DNA from: Firmicutes bacterium UBA3914
Lineage (GTDB): Bacteria; Bacillota; Limnochordia; Darwinibacteriales; Darwinibacteriaceae
NCBI GenBank assembly: GCA_002391385.1
Contig: DGEY01000059.1
Coordinates: forward strand, 1-53,262
Length of the DNA stretch: 53,262 nucleotides
Reading direction: 5' to 3'
Shown one piece after another: positions 26,238-35,506 of the stretch. Each line of letters starts with the position of its first letter. The first letter of the stretch is position 1. Made by a program: the position numbers and the translations under genes. The notes below the pieces were generated by a model that saw only the letters and a program-made list of their open reading frames with translations, did not search any database and was not told the origin of the DNA.

Positions 26238-26987
26238 ATGATTCCCATGGAAGAACTTGTTGGGCTGATTCTAACCGCCGGGGAGCTCTTGCTCACCTGC
26301 GGGGCGGAGATGGCCCGGGTGGAAGAGACCATTGAGCGGATGGGCCGCGCCGCGGGGTTTGTGCAGGTGGAAAGCTACGCCACCCCCACGGGGCTCTTTG
26401 TTTCCCTGCACGATCCCCAAGGTAAAGTATATACCCGGGTGAAGCGCATCCGGGGCGGTCAGAGCAATATCGCCCTCATCGCCGAGGTAAACTCCCTCAG
26501 CCGGGCCTTTTCCGCGGGGGAGATCACGGCCCAGGAGGTCCGGCGGGAGCTGGAGCGCCTGCAGCAGGCGGGCACGGGGGACAGCCTCACCCGGCCCCTC
26601 ATTGGCGGCGGCGGGGCCTTGGCCTTTGCCGTGATGATGGGTGGAACCTGGCTGGAGGGCTTGGTGGCGGGGCTGGTGGGCACCTTGGTGCTGCTTGTGG
26701 TGTCCCGTCTGGAGGGCCCCTTTCCCAAGGTGCTGCAGGCTGCGGTGGGCTCCGTGGTGGCCGCGGGGGTGATCCGGGGCCTGGGGCGTTTTCTTGCCCT
26801 CAACAGCAACGTGACCATCCTGGGTGCGGTGATGGTTTTGGCGCCGGGTATGGTGATCACCACGGCCATCCGGGATCTGCTCAGCGGCGAGCTGGTTTCG
26901 GGCTTAAGCCGCAGCGCCGAGGCGCTGGTGATCGCGGTGGCCATCGCCGCAGGGGTGGCGGTAGTGCTCAGCCTGGGGGGGAGCTGA
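26238..26987 (+). CDS. threonine/serine exporter family protein (ThrE/YjjP-like, large subunit)
   Basis: TAGELLLTCGAEMARVEETIERMGRAAG is followed by TM helices. The start codon choice (26229-26247) is uncertain. Confidence 0.75.
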   Translation: MIPMEELVGLILTAGELLLTCGAEMARVEETIERMGRAAGFVQVESYATPTGLFVSLHDPQGKVYTRVKRIRGGQSNIALIAEVNSLSRAFSAGEITAQEVRRELERLQQAGTGDSLTRPLIGGGGALAFAVMMGGTWLEGLVAGLVGTLVLLVVSRLEGPFPKVLQAAVGSVVAAGVIRGLGRFLALNSNVTILGAVMVLAPGMVITTAIRDLLSGELVSGLSRSAEALVIAVAIAAGVAVVLSLGGS

Positions 26988-26988
26988 A

Positions 26989-27420
26989 ATGCTGGTGCAG
27001 GTTGGCATGGGCTTTCTAGCGGCCCTCACCTTTGGTTACATCTTCCGGGTTCCGGCCAGCCAGACCGTCCGCTGCGGCGTGGTTGGGGGGCTCGGCTGGA
27101 CCGTCTTCCTCGTGGCCGAGCAGAGCTGGGGCGAGGTGGGGGCGGTGTTTTTGGCGGCCACCACCGTGGCTGTGCTCAGTGAAATCTTGGCCCGCCGGCA
27201 CCACCAGCCCGTGATCGTGTTTTTGACGCCGGGCATCATTCCCCTGGTGCCGGGGAGCAAAGCTTATTTGACCATGCTCAGTTTTGTGCAGAAGGATTAT
27301 ACCCAAGGTGTAGTCTTGTTGGTGACCACGCTCTTTTTGGCGGGCGCCATTGCGGCGGGAATTATCATCACCAGTTCCCTGTTTAGGAACTTTTCCCGCA
27401 CGAAGAGGATGGGGAGGTAG
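26989..27420 (+). CDS. threonine/serine exporter family protein (YjjB-like, small subunit)
   Basis: A 143-aa, 4-TM protein immediately downstream of the ThrE-like gene. RBS GGGGGGAG is present. Confidence 0.7.
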   Translation: MLVQVGMGFLAALTFGYIFRVPASQTVRCGVVGGLGWTVFLVAEQSWGEVGAVFLAATTVAVLSEILARRHHQPVIVFLTPGIIPLVPGSKAYLTMLSFVQKDYTQGVVLLVTTLFLAGAIAAGIIITSSLFRNFSRTKRMGR

Positions 27421-27425
27421 TTGTT

Positions 27426-29078
27426 GTGAGCAAGCAGATTGTGGTGACAGTGGGAGAGCGGACGCTGGAAGTCCCAGCGGGCACCCTGGTGGGTGAAGTT
27501 GCGGCCATGGTACCCGAAGCGGAGGGGACAGTGGTGGCCAGGGTGAACAACGACATCTTCGGCTACCAGTTCCCCCTCACCGAGGACTGCCGCATCGAGT
27601 TTCTGGACACCAGCACCGAGGACGGCATGCGGGCCTACCGGGCCAGCCTCGTCTTTCTCTTTGTCCGGGCTGCCCTGGAGGTGATTCCCGGCTGTACGGT
27701 GCACATCAAGCACGCCCTGAACAACGGGCTGTACGGCGAATTTGACCATAGCCAGCCGGTGATCGAAAAGGACATCCGGGCCATCGAGGAGCGCATGCGG
27801 GCCCTGGTGGCGGAGGATATCCCCTTCACCAGGCGCCTTGTGCCCATGGAAGAGGCCAAGCGGATCTATGCCGAGCAGGGGTTTGATGATAAAGTCCGGC
27901 TTTTGGAGCAGCAGGACGAAGAGGAAGTGGTGCTCTACAGCTTCGGCTGGTTCCACGACTCCCTGCGGGCCATTTTGGTACCCAGCAGCGGTTATTTAAA
28001 ATACTTTAAGCTGCGCTATTACCTACCTGGCTTCATTTTGGAATACCCCCGGCGGGCCAATCCCACTCAGATTCCCGAATATGTGGAGCAGGGAAAACTC
28101 TTTAACGAGTTCTTTAAGGCGGAGCGCTGGCAGGACAATTTGCGCATTCCCGATGCCGCTTCCCTCAACGACTGCATCCGTCGGGGAGGGTTTGGCGAAC
28201 TGGTGCAGGTGTCCGAAGCGTACCACGAAAACCAGATCAGGGATATTGCCCAGCAGATCGCCAAAGACCGGGACCGGCTGCGCTTGATCCTGATCGCCGG
28301 GCCCTCCAGTTCAGGGAAGACCACCTTCGCCAAGCGCCTCACGGTGCAGCTGCGGGTGTGCGGTCTGGAACCTGTGGCTATCGGTTTGGATGACTACTTC
28401 GTGGACCGCCACTTAACTCCCCTGGATGAGGACGGGAAGCCCGATTTTGAGGCCCTGGAGGCCATCGATCTGGAGCTGTTCAACGAGCACCTCACCAAGC
28501 TGATCCAGGGAGAGGAAGTGGAGGTGCCCACCTTCCATTTCCCCACGGGCCGCAGGCAGTGGACGGGGACCAAGCTCAAGGTGCGCCCGGATCAGCCCAT
28601 CATCATTGAGGGCATCCACGGGCTCAACGATCAGCTCACCGTGTCCATTCCCAAGGGGCGCAAGTTCAGGATTTACGTCTCCGCGCTCACCAATTTGAAT
28701 TTGGACAATCACACCCGGATCTCCACCACCGATGTGCGCCTGCTCAGGCGGATCATCAGGGATAACCAGTTCAGGGGCCATGATGCCAAGGCCACCATTG
28801 AACGCTGGCCTTCGGTGACCAGGGGAGAGCGCCGCCACATCTTCCCCTTCCAGGAGAGCGCCGATGTGATGTTCAACTCCACCTTGATTTACGAACTGGC
28901 GGTGCTGAAGCCTTTGGCCACACCGCTGCTGAAGCAGATTACACCGGAGGATCCCCAGTACTCTGAGGCCAGGCGCCTGCTGCGCTTTTTGGACTACTTC
29001 GTGGAAGTGGATGACTGGTCAGTGATTCCCTGCAACTCCATCCTGCAGGAATTCATCGGGGGCTCCTGCTTTGACTGA
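27426..29078 (+). CDS. ThrRS-N-terminal-like (TGS/SAD-like) domain fused to a uridine-kinase/PRK-family P-loop kinase
   Basis: The N-terminal 200 aa resemble the ThrRS N-domains (YRASLVFLFVRAALEVIPG...GLYGEF). The Walker A is LIAGPSSSGKTTFAKRL. The GTG start has GGGAGG 8 nt upstream. Confidence 0.7.
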   Translation: MSKQIVVTVGERTLEVPAGTLVGEVAAMVPEAEGTVVARVNNDIFGYQFPLTEDCRIEFLDTSTEDGMRAYRASLVFLFVRAALEVIPGCTVHIKHALNNGLYGEFDHSQPVIEKDIRAIEERMRALVAEDIPFTRRLVPMEEAKRIYAEQGFDDKVRLLEQQDEEEVVLYSFGWFHDSLRAILVPSSGYLKYFKLRYYLPGFILEYPRRANPTQIPEYVEQGKLFNEFFKAERWQDNLRIPDAASLNDCIRRGGFGELVQVSEAYHENQIRDIAQQIAKDRDRLRLILIAGPSSSGKTTFAKRLTVQLRVCGLEPVAIGLDDYFVDRHLTPLDEDGKPDFEALEAIDLELFNEHLTKLIQGEEVEVPTFHFPTGRRQWTGTKLKVRPDQPIIIEGIHGLNDQLTVSIPKGRKFRIYVSALTNLNLDNHTRISTTDVRLLRRIIRDNQFRGHDAKATIERWPSVTRGERRHIFPFQESADVMFNSTLIYELAVLKPLATPLLKQITPEDPQYSEARRLLRFLDYFVEVDDWSVIPCNSILQEFIGGSCFD

Positions 29079-29090
29079 GGGAGGAAGCCT

Positions 29091-30776
29091 ATGCAAGTTG
29101 TACTGGCGGCGCTGAATGCCAGGTACAGCCATTCCAGCTTGGCCCTGCGTTACCTGAGGCGCTACTGTGAACGGCAGTTTCCAGATCTGGAAACAGTGGA
29201 ATTCAACATCAACCAAAGCCCCCGGTTGATCCTGGGGGAGCTGGCCAAAAGAAAGCCAGATGTTTTGGGCTTTTCCTGCTACATCTGGAACATTGAGCTG
29301 ATCCTGCCCCTGCTGCGCCAGCTGCGCAAGGTGCTTCCGGGAACCACCATCATCCTGGGCGGGCCGGAGGTCTCCTTTGATGTGGAGTATTGGCTCACGG
29401 AGCATGAGGCCATCGACTACATCATCGCCGGGGAAGGGGAGGAGGCCCTGCGCCGCTTTTTGGAGGAATACGCGCGGTGCGGGGGAAGGCTCGGGGCAGA
29501 AAACCTGGCTTCGGTGCCGGGTCTGGCCTACCGCACGGGCGGCGGGGCGGTTGTCCAAAACCCTGCCCAGCCCCTGGATCTGGCCGCGCTTCCCCCCATC
29601 TACCAGGGGGACCTGGCTGATCTCCAGGACAAAATCGTGTATTTCGAAACCACCCGGGGCTGTCCCTTTCGCTGTGCCTACTGCCTCTCCTCGGTGATGG
29701 GCCCGGTGCGGGCCTTTCCCCTCGACCGGGCCAAAGAGGAGCTGGCCGCCCTGGCCGCGGCCGGTGTGCAGCAGGTGCGCTTTGTGGACAGGACCTTCAA
29801 CTACGATGCCCGGCGGGCCTATGAGCTCCTGGAGTTCATGATCGGGCTGGATACCACCACCCGCTTCCAGCTGGAGGTGGGGGGCGACCTGCTCACCGAG
29901 CCCATCTTGGAGCTTTTGACCAGGGCGCCGGAGAACCGCTTTCAGTTTGAAATCGGGGTCCAGTCCACCAATCCCGCCACCTTGGAGGCCATCTCCCGCC
30001 GCAGCGACTTGGGGCGTTTGGCCGAGGCGGTGCGCTTCTTAAAGGAAAAGACGACCGTAATCGTGCTTTTGGACCTCATCGCCGGCCTCCCGGAAGAGGG
30101 GTTTTGGCGTTTTGGCAAGTCCTTTGACTTTGTTTATAACCTCAAGCCGGACCGGATTCATCTGGGCTTTCTCAAGCTTCTGCGGGGCTCCCGCCTGCGG
30201 GAAGAGGCGGAGAGTTTTGGCTGCGTGTTTACCGACGAGGCGCCCTACGAGGTGCTTTACACCAAGGATCTCTCCTTCGGGGAACTCCAGCGCCTCAAGA
30301 TCATCGAGGATTTGGTGGAGAAATACTATAACCCCCGCTTTGAGCATTCCCTAGCTTACCTTTTGCGGGAGGGACGCTCGCCCTTTGCCTTTTTCAACGA
30401 GTTCGCGGCCAAGTGGGAAGAGGCGGGCTACCACTGGAGCGAGCATTCCCTGCTCAGCCGCTACCGGATTCTCCTGGAGTTTTTCGGCGAGGGGAACCCT
30501 GACCTGAGGCCCTGGCTGCTCTATGACTTCCGCTGCCATGAGCGCAGGCAGGCCACCCCCCACTGGCTGGGGGGCCCCCGGAATCCCAAGCCGAAGTCGG
30601 AGCTGATCAACTCCGGCCGCCTCGGAGAGCTGATCCCCGAGGCCGCGGGCCTGTCCCCCCGGGAGCTGGAGCGCTGGACCATCGTGGAGGAGCTGCCCTT
30701 CAAAGAAGGAACCCAGATCGTTTTGTTTTACTATACCTCTGACGGGATGCGGGCCCGCACCGTGCGCCTGGAGTAG
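29091..30776 (+). CDS. B12-binding-domain radical SAM protein (DUF4080-type C-terminus likely)
   Basis: The N-terminal region is Rossmann-like (VLGFSCYIWN), the radical SAM cluster motif is CPFRCAYC (Cx3Cx2C), and the protein is 561 aa. Confidence 0.8.
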   Translation: MQVVLAALNARYSHSSLALRYLRRYCERQFPDLETVEFNINQSPRLILGELAKRKPDVLGFSCYIWNIELILPLLRQLRKVLPGTTIILGGPEVSFDVEYWLTEHEAIDYIIAGEGEEALRRFLEEYARCGGRLGAENLASVPGLAYRTGGGAVVQNPAQPLDLAALPPIYQGDLADLQDKIVYFETTRGCPFRCAYCLSSVMGPVRAFPLDRAKEELAALAAAGVQQVRFVDRTFNYDARRAYELLEFMIGLDTTTRFQLEVGGDLLTEPILELLTRAPENRFQFEIGVQSTNPATLEAISRRSDLGRLAEAVRFLKEKTTVIVLLDLIAGLPEEGFWRFGKSFDFVYNLKPDRIHLGFLKLLRGSRLREEAESFGCVFTDEAPYEVLYTKDLSFGELQRLKIIEDLVEKYYNPRFEHSLAYLLREGRSPFAFFNEFAAKWEEAGYHWSEHSLLSRYRILLEFFGEGNPDLRPWLLYDFRCHERRQATPHWLGGPRNPKPKSELINSGRLGELIPEAAGLSPRELERWTIVEELPFKEGTQIVLFYYTSDGMRARTVRLE

Positions 30777-32083
30777 GCCAGGGGGGTACCAGTGATCTGG
30801 CTGGTCACCTCGTCCAGGGAGACCAGGTCAGAGGCGTCTACCTGCAGGAGTGCGTGCTTACCCAAGGCCCGCACTCCTTCTTTGATCTCCTCGGTGCAGG
30901 AGATGAGGTAGTTGGCCAGATGCCGCGCCCCCAGCTTCCAGTTGAACCGCCCCGCCTGCTTGCCGCCGTCCACCACCAGCTGGGTGGGGGGTTCCCAGGG
31001 AATGGATTTGGCGGTTTGGGTGTGGCTGATGGAATAGAGGGCCATGGTGCCCAGGTAGATGGCATCTGCCCCCAGGGCCAGGGCCTTGAGGCACTGGCCG
31101 GGGGAGAAAAAGCCCCCGGAAACGATCAGGCTCACTTGGCGGTGCACCCCCCGGGCCTTGAGGTGCTCCACCGCCCGGCAGAGCCCGATGATGGTGGGCA
31201 GGCCGAAGTCATCCTCCAGGATGGGGGGGGCGGCCACCGTGGCCGCCTTGGCCCCTTCCATGGCGAGAAAATCCACACCCGCCTCCAGGCAGAGGTCGAT
31301 CTCCCGCTCCAGGTTGTTGGTGAAGGAAAGTTTCACCCCCACAGGCACGCCTCCGCCCACCTGCCGCAGAAAGCTTACGATCTTCGGCAGATCTTCCCGC
31401 TGACGCAGGGCGGGAAGCTCCGGGCGGACCAGGTGGGGGAAGGGGGCCTGGGCCCCGCCGGCGCTGGCCCCCTGGCCCAGCTGGATCTCTAGGGCATCGG
31501 CCTGGGCTAGGATTTCCACGGTGCGGTGCAGGGGCATGCGGGGGTATTGGATAATCAGCCGCTCCGCCAATTCCCGCTCCTTGGGCAAAAAAGGCCCCTC
31601 CCCCGTATTGGAGGCCGTGCCCGCCAGGCGGCTGCCTAAAGCCAGGGCGTATTTGGCCCGGTCGGAGAGGGCCTTTTTGTAGGCCATGCCGGAAACCAAA
31701 AGGGGGGTGGCTAAGGTTAGGGGCTTTTTGGCCCCGGGACCGATGGTGGTCGCGGTGTGCACCTCCCTGGTGTGGGGGAGGGGCGGCCGGTCCAGATGCG
31801 CGGAGACAAACATGAGCCCATCGAAGTCCAAAAAGCGGCGGGGGCTGCCCAAGGGCCGCTTGAGCACCTGGGCCTTCTGGGCCCGGAGGTTGGTTTCCAG
31901 GATGGTCTGCACCCCGGTGCGCTTGGTGGCCGAGAGCAGTTCCGCCAGGTTTTCCATATAGGGGTCGGTCATGAGCACCTTCACGCCCTGGCGGACCAGC
32001 TGCCCGCTGAGGAAGCGCAGGGCCACAAGACCGCCCATAACGCCCAGCGCGCCTGCGAATAGTTTCGATGTAGTGCTGGACAA
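30731..32083 (-). CDS. FMN-binding glutamate synthase family protein (GltB domain-2-like) with N-terminal TM anchor
   Basis: An N-terminal hydrophobic helix is followed by TIM-barrel motifs (GEGPF, GASAGG, LIVSGGF, GADAIYLGT). A TTG start is predicted. Confidence 0.75.
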   Translation of the reverse strand: MSSTTSKLFAGALGVMGGLVALRFLSGQLVRQGVKVLMTDPYMENLAELLSATKRTGVQTILETNLRAQKAQVLKRPLGSPRRFLDFDGLMFVSAHLDRPPLPHTREVHTATTIGPGAKKPLTLATPLLVSGMAYKKALSDRAKYALALGSRLAGTASNTGEGPFLPKERELAERLIIQYPRMPLHRTVEILAQADALEIQLGQGASAGGAQAPFPHLVRPELPALRQREDLPKIVSFLRQVGGGVPVGVKLSFTNNLEREIDLCLEAGVDFLAMEGAKAATVAAPPILEDDFGLPTIIGLCRAVEHLKARGVHRQVSLIVSGGFFSPGQCLKALALGADAIYLGTMALYSISHTQTAKSIPWEPPTQLVVDGGKQAGRFNWKLGARHLANYLISCTEEIKEGVRALGKHALLQVDASDLVSLDEVTSQITGTPLAYSRRTVRARIPSEV

Positions 32084-32162
32084 AACATCACCTCCGGAGT
32101 TTAAGGGAAGGGATCATCTGGCCTTTGTAGTATTAACTAACAGATGCCTTGTGAAGAGCTAG

Positions 32163-33188
32163 ATGGATGTGGTTCGATTGAGTAAAGTGACCATCAAGGA
32201 TGTGGCCCGGAGGGCCGGCGTATCACCCTCCACGGTGAGCCGAGTGATTGCGGACCATCCCCGCATCAGCCCCAACACCAAGGAACGGGTGCGCCTGGTC
32301 ATGGCGGAGCTGGGCTATTACCCCAACGCCATCGCCCGCAGTCTGGTTAACCAGACCAGCAGCAGCATCGGGGTGATCCGCTCCCGCCTCACCCAGGGGG
32401 ACTTTGCCAACCCCTTCTTTCCCGCGGTCATTCAAGGCATCTCCTCCATCGCCCACAGGTACGGGCTGCATTTAGTGTTATCCACCAGCAGCAGTTTTAC
32501 CCAAGAGGATGAAGAATGCCTGAACCTGCTCAGGCAGCGCCGGGTGGATGGGGTGATTCTCCTAGCTTCCCACCGTCAGGACCAGCTCATCCCGCGGCTT
32601 ACGGAGGAGGGCTATCCCTTTGTGCTCATCGGGCGCCACGAGGGGCCCGAAGCGATCAACTGGGTGAATAACGACAATGTGGCCGATGCCAAAGCCGCGG
32701 TGGAGTACCTTCTGGGCAAGGGCCACCGGCGCATCGCCTGCCTGGATGGGGATCCCCGCTATGTGGTGAGCGCCGACCGCCTGCGCGGCTATGAGCTGGC
32801 CCTGGCTGAAGAGGGCCTGCCCTGGGACCAGAGGCTGGTGGAACACTCGGAGTTCTCGGTGGACGGCGGCTACCAGGCTACCCTCCGCCTTTTGGAGAAG
32901 GGCGGGCAGTTCACCGCCATCTTTGCCGTGGATGATCTCATCGCCATTGGCGCCATGCGCGCCCTACAGGAACGGGGTTTTACCGTGGGGGAAGATGTGG
33001 CGGTGGTGGGCTTTAACAACACCATCCTGGGGGCTTACGTCCAGCCCGCTTTAACTTCGGTGCACGTGCCCATCTACGAGTTGGGCCAGATCGCCGTGCA
33101 GATGCTCACGGCGCAGATTTACGGTTCAGGAACCTTTCCGGACCAGCAGATGCTCCAGGCTGAGCTGGTGGTGCGGAGTTCCGCTTGA
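32163..33188 (+). CDS. LacI family transcriptional regulator
   Basis: The HTH TIKDVARRAGVSPSTVSRVI is followed by a periplasmic-binding-protein fold. The start may lie a few codons downstream. Confidence 0.85.
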   Translation: MDVVRLSKVTIKDVARRAGVSPSTVSRVIADHPRISPNTKERVRLVMAELGYYPNAIARSLVNQTSSSIGVIRSRLTQGDFANPFFPAVIQGISSIAHRYGLHLVLSTSSSFTQEDEECLNLLRQRRVDGVILLASHRQDQLIPRLTEEGYPFVLIGRHEGPEAINWVNNDNVADAKAAVEYLLGKGHRRIACLDGDPRYVVSADRLRGYELALAEEGLPWDQRLVEHSEFSVDGGYQATLRLLEKGGQFTAIFAVDDLIAIGAMRALQERGFTVGEDVAVVGFNNTILGAYVQPALTSVHVPIYELGQIAVQMLTAQIYGSGTFPDQQMLQAELVVRSSA

Positions 33189-33200
33189 GGGGGTGGGATA

Positions 33201-33719
33201 ATGGCTGCAAGCCGCTGGTTGATCGTCCTGCTCCTGGCCGCCGCCCTCTGCGCCCCGGGGCCGGCGGAAGCTTCCACACTTACCGATCCCACGGGGCTGT
33301 ACAGCACGCTCATCGGGGATCACTGGGTTTACCAAGCGCACCACAGCAGCCCTGATTTGATGGTGTTCTACGGGGAAGGGGACTTCGAGCTCCTCTATTT
33401 CCAGCGCTTAGGGCCGGTTTCCTACCCTTCCGCCTTGGCCTTTGCCCAGCGCTCCGTGGAGCTTTACAGCGGGCCGGGGGGGTTGGAGCAGTTTGAACTG
33501 GTCCAGGATTTCAGGGAAATCGAGGTGGCGGGAGTTTGGGGCATCTCCTGTGCCTATGCCTACCAGGACGGGCAGGGCAACCGCCTGTGGGAGTACCGGA
33601 TCTTTCTGGTACTGCCTGGCGGGGAGGGCTTTTCCATAGCCTTTAGCGACAGCAAACCTGAGGCGGCGGAGGATCCTCCGCTGGAGGAGATTCTGCGGCA
33701 CTGGCGGTGGTTGTTTTGA
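33201..33719 (+). CDS. hypothetical secreted protein (172 aa)
   Basis: It has the signal peptide MAASRWLIVLLLAAALCAPGPAEAS. I did not recognise a family. Confidence 0.6.
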   Translation: MAASRWLIVLLLAAALCAPGPAEASTLTDPTGLYSTLIGDHWVYQAHHSSPDLMVFYGEGDFELLYFQRLGPVSYPSALAFAQRSVELYSGPGGLEQFELVQDFREIEVAGVWGISCAYAYQDGQGNRLWEYRIFLVLPGGEGFSIAFSDSKPEAAEDPPLEEILRHWRWLF

Positions 33720-35110
33720 GGACAAAAGGGGTTCGTCGGTCTCTAACCTTGGTTTTGGTGCTCCTGCTGCTTTTAGGGGCCCCGGCTGGCGCCTGCGCGG
33801 CGGGCCTGGCGGCGCGCTTTGAGCGCACCTTAGGCGCGGGCACCGCGCCCACCTTGATCAAGGAGTACGGAGGGGAGTACATTCTCCCCATCCAGCAGCG
33901 GCTGTGGGTGGAGGAGGTTTTCCGCCGCGTGGCGGCCCAAAGCGAGCGGGAGGATGTGGAGTACACCCTTACGGTGCTCAACTCCAAAGAAGCCAATGCC
34001 TTTTCACTCCCCGGGGGGTTTATCTTTATCACCCGGGGACTTCTGAGCCTGATCGGCAGTGATGAGGCCCAGCTCGCGGCGGTGCTGGGCCATGAGATCG
34101 CCCATGTGGAAAAGAAGCACGGCGTGAATGCGGTGCTGAGGCAGATGGGCCTTTCCGTCCTGGCGGAGGTGGGGGTGGCGGCCATCGACTTTCTGTCCGC
34201 TGAGCTGCTGCGCCTGGCCGGCCTTACCCTGGTGCAGATGCTCCAGGCGGGCTGGGGTCGGGAAGCGGAGCTGGAGGCAGATGCCCTGGGGCAGGAGCTC
34301 GCGGCCCGGGCCGGCTTCGACCCCGCGGGGGGCATTGCCCTGCTGGACGCTTTAGCCCAGGCGGATAGCGCTGATCAGCCCATGCATCTGTTCCGCACCC
34401 ATCCCGAGCCAGGCCAGCGCCGGAAGATCCTAGAAGAGAAGCTGGCCCTCTTTTGGTCAGAACCGGTTGAGGTCACCTCTTGGGAGGTCCTAGAAAGATT
34501 AAAACAGGGCAGGAATTCCCACACAGGTGGGCGAAGTGATCCCAAAGGCAGGTATGTGCTGGAAGAACTTGGGGAGCCGTCCCTGGGGGTCAGGCTTTTT
34601 GACCAGCAGATCCAAGGCCATGTCACCTGGGTAGAAGAGGCCCTGGTGCGGAATGCGGCCTGGTCTCCCCAGGGGGAACACCTGGCCCTCCTGGTGGAAG
34701 GAAAGGTTCAGCGGGAAGTGTGGATTTTGAACCGCTGGGGTGCTGTGGTGAAGAGACTGCAGGTACCCCAGGGGACGGTCACGGCCTTTTCCTGGGCGCC
34801 CCAGGGCAGCCTGCTGGCCCTGGAAGTGGAGGGCCCGGCGGGAAGAGCGGTGGCAGCCCTCCACGTGCAGATGGAGGCCTTGGCCCTGGTGAGCAGGGGC
34901 CTGGAGGCCCAGGAGGCCCTCTGGCTGGATGGGGCCCTCTATTTCCGCCACGGTGAGAGCTGGTACAGCACCCGGCCGCCGCAGATGAGGCCTGTGCAGG
35001 TGGCCGAGCCCGTTCCCGTTGTGCTGCAGCGCCAGCGGGTGCTCACACCCACCCTGATCCGGGAAGGGAACACCTTCCGGCTCACCCGGCCGGAGCTGAC
35101 ACCGCCGTAG
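33707..35110 (+). CDS. M48-family zinc metallopeptidase fused to a TolB-like beta-propeller region
   Basis: A signal peptide and the HEIAHVEKKH (HExxH) motif are present. The C-terminal half has repeated WSPQGEHLALL / WAPQGSLLALEV blades. The start is 33707 (GTG) or 33716 (TTG overlapping the upstream TGA). Confidence 0.75.
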   Translation: MVVLRTKGVRRSLTLVLVLLLLLGAPAGACAAGLAARFERTLGAGTAPTLIKEYGGEYILPIQQRLWVEEVFRRVAAQSEREDVEYTLTVLNSKEANAFSLPGGFIFITRGLLSLIGSDEAQLAAVLGHEIAHVEKKHGVNAVLRQMGLSVLAEVGVAAIDFLSAELLRLAGLTLVQMLQAGWGREAELEADALGQELAARAGFDPAGGIALLDALAQADSADQPMHLFRTHPEPGQRRKILEEKLALFWSEPVEVTSWEVLERLKQGRNSHTGGRSDPKGRYVLEELGEPSLGVRLFDQQIQGHVTWVEEALVRNAAWSPQGEHLALLVEGKVQREVWILNRWGAVVKRLQVPQGTVTAFSWAPQGSLLALEVEGPAGRAVAALHVQMEALALVSRGLEAQEALWLDGALYFRHGESWYSTRPPQMRPVQVAEPVPVVLQRQRVLTPTLIREGNTFRLTRPELTPP

Positions 35111-35123
35111 CGGGGGCAGGGAG

Positions 35124-35150
35124 AAAAAAAGCACCTTCCGGGGAAGGTGC
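35124..35150 (-). terminator. intrinsic terminator of the FmdB-like gene
   Basis: The stem GCACCTTCC / GGAAGGTGC (35131-35150) is followed on the - strand by T7 (complement of A7 at 35124-35130). Confidence 0.7.
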
Positions 35151-35160
35151 GACGGGTGCT

Positions 35161-35391
35161 TTATGAGGCGGAACTCTCCGCTGCAGGACTGCTGGCAGCA
35201 CCGTTTTTGGAGTCGTTCCGGCTGTCGTTGATGTAAAAACCAGGCCCTTTGAAGATAATGCCGACATTCTTGGAAATCAGGCGCTGAACTGGAGCGCTGC
35301 ATGTGGGACAACTCTCGAGTTTGCTGTCTTTCATGCTCTGCTTCAGTTCGAAGCGGCCGCAGTTGGGACAGTTGTACTCATAGATAGGCAT
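35161..35391 (-). CDS. FmdB-family zinc-ribbon protein
   Basis: MPIYEYNCPNCGRFE...CPTCSAPV is the CxxC...CxxC signature. GGAGGG lies 9 nt upstream of the ATG at 35391. Confidence 0.85.
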   Translation of the reverse strand: MPIYEYNCPNCGRFELKQSMKDSKLESCPTCSAPVQRLISKNVGIIFKGPGFYINDSRNDSKNGAASSPAAESSAS

Positions 35392-35425
35392 ATCTGGCAT
35401 CCCTCCTTTCAGGCATCCAAAAGAT

Positions 35426-35454
35426 ATTGTACAACTTGTTCGCCTTCTGTGCAA
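35426..35454 (-). promoter_or_regulatory. sigma-A promoter candidate for the FmdB-like gene (TTGCAC-N17-TACAAT)
   Basis: On the - strand, TTGCAC sits at 35454-35449, followed by a 17-nt spacer and TACAAT at 35431-35426. It overlaps the 8-nt palindrome TTGTACAA. Confidence 0.55.
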
Positions 35455-35506
35455 CCAGGTTTAGGATGCCGGAAGAGCTAGAAATCGAGGCGAGGAGTCG
35501 TTGGGA

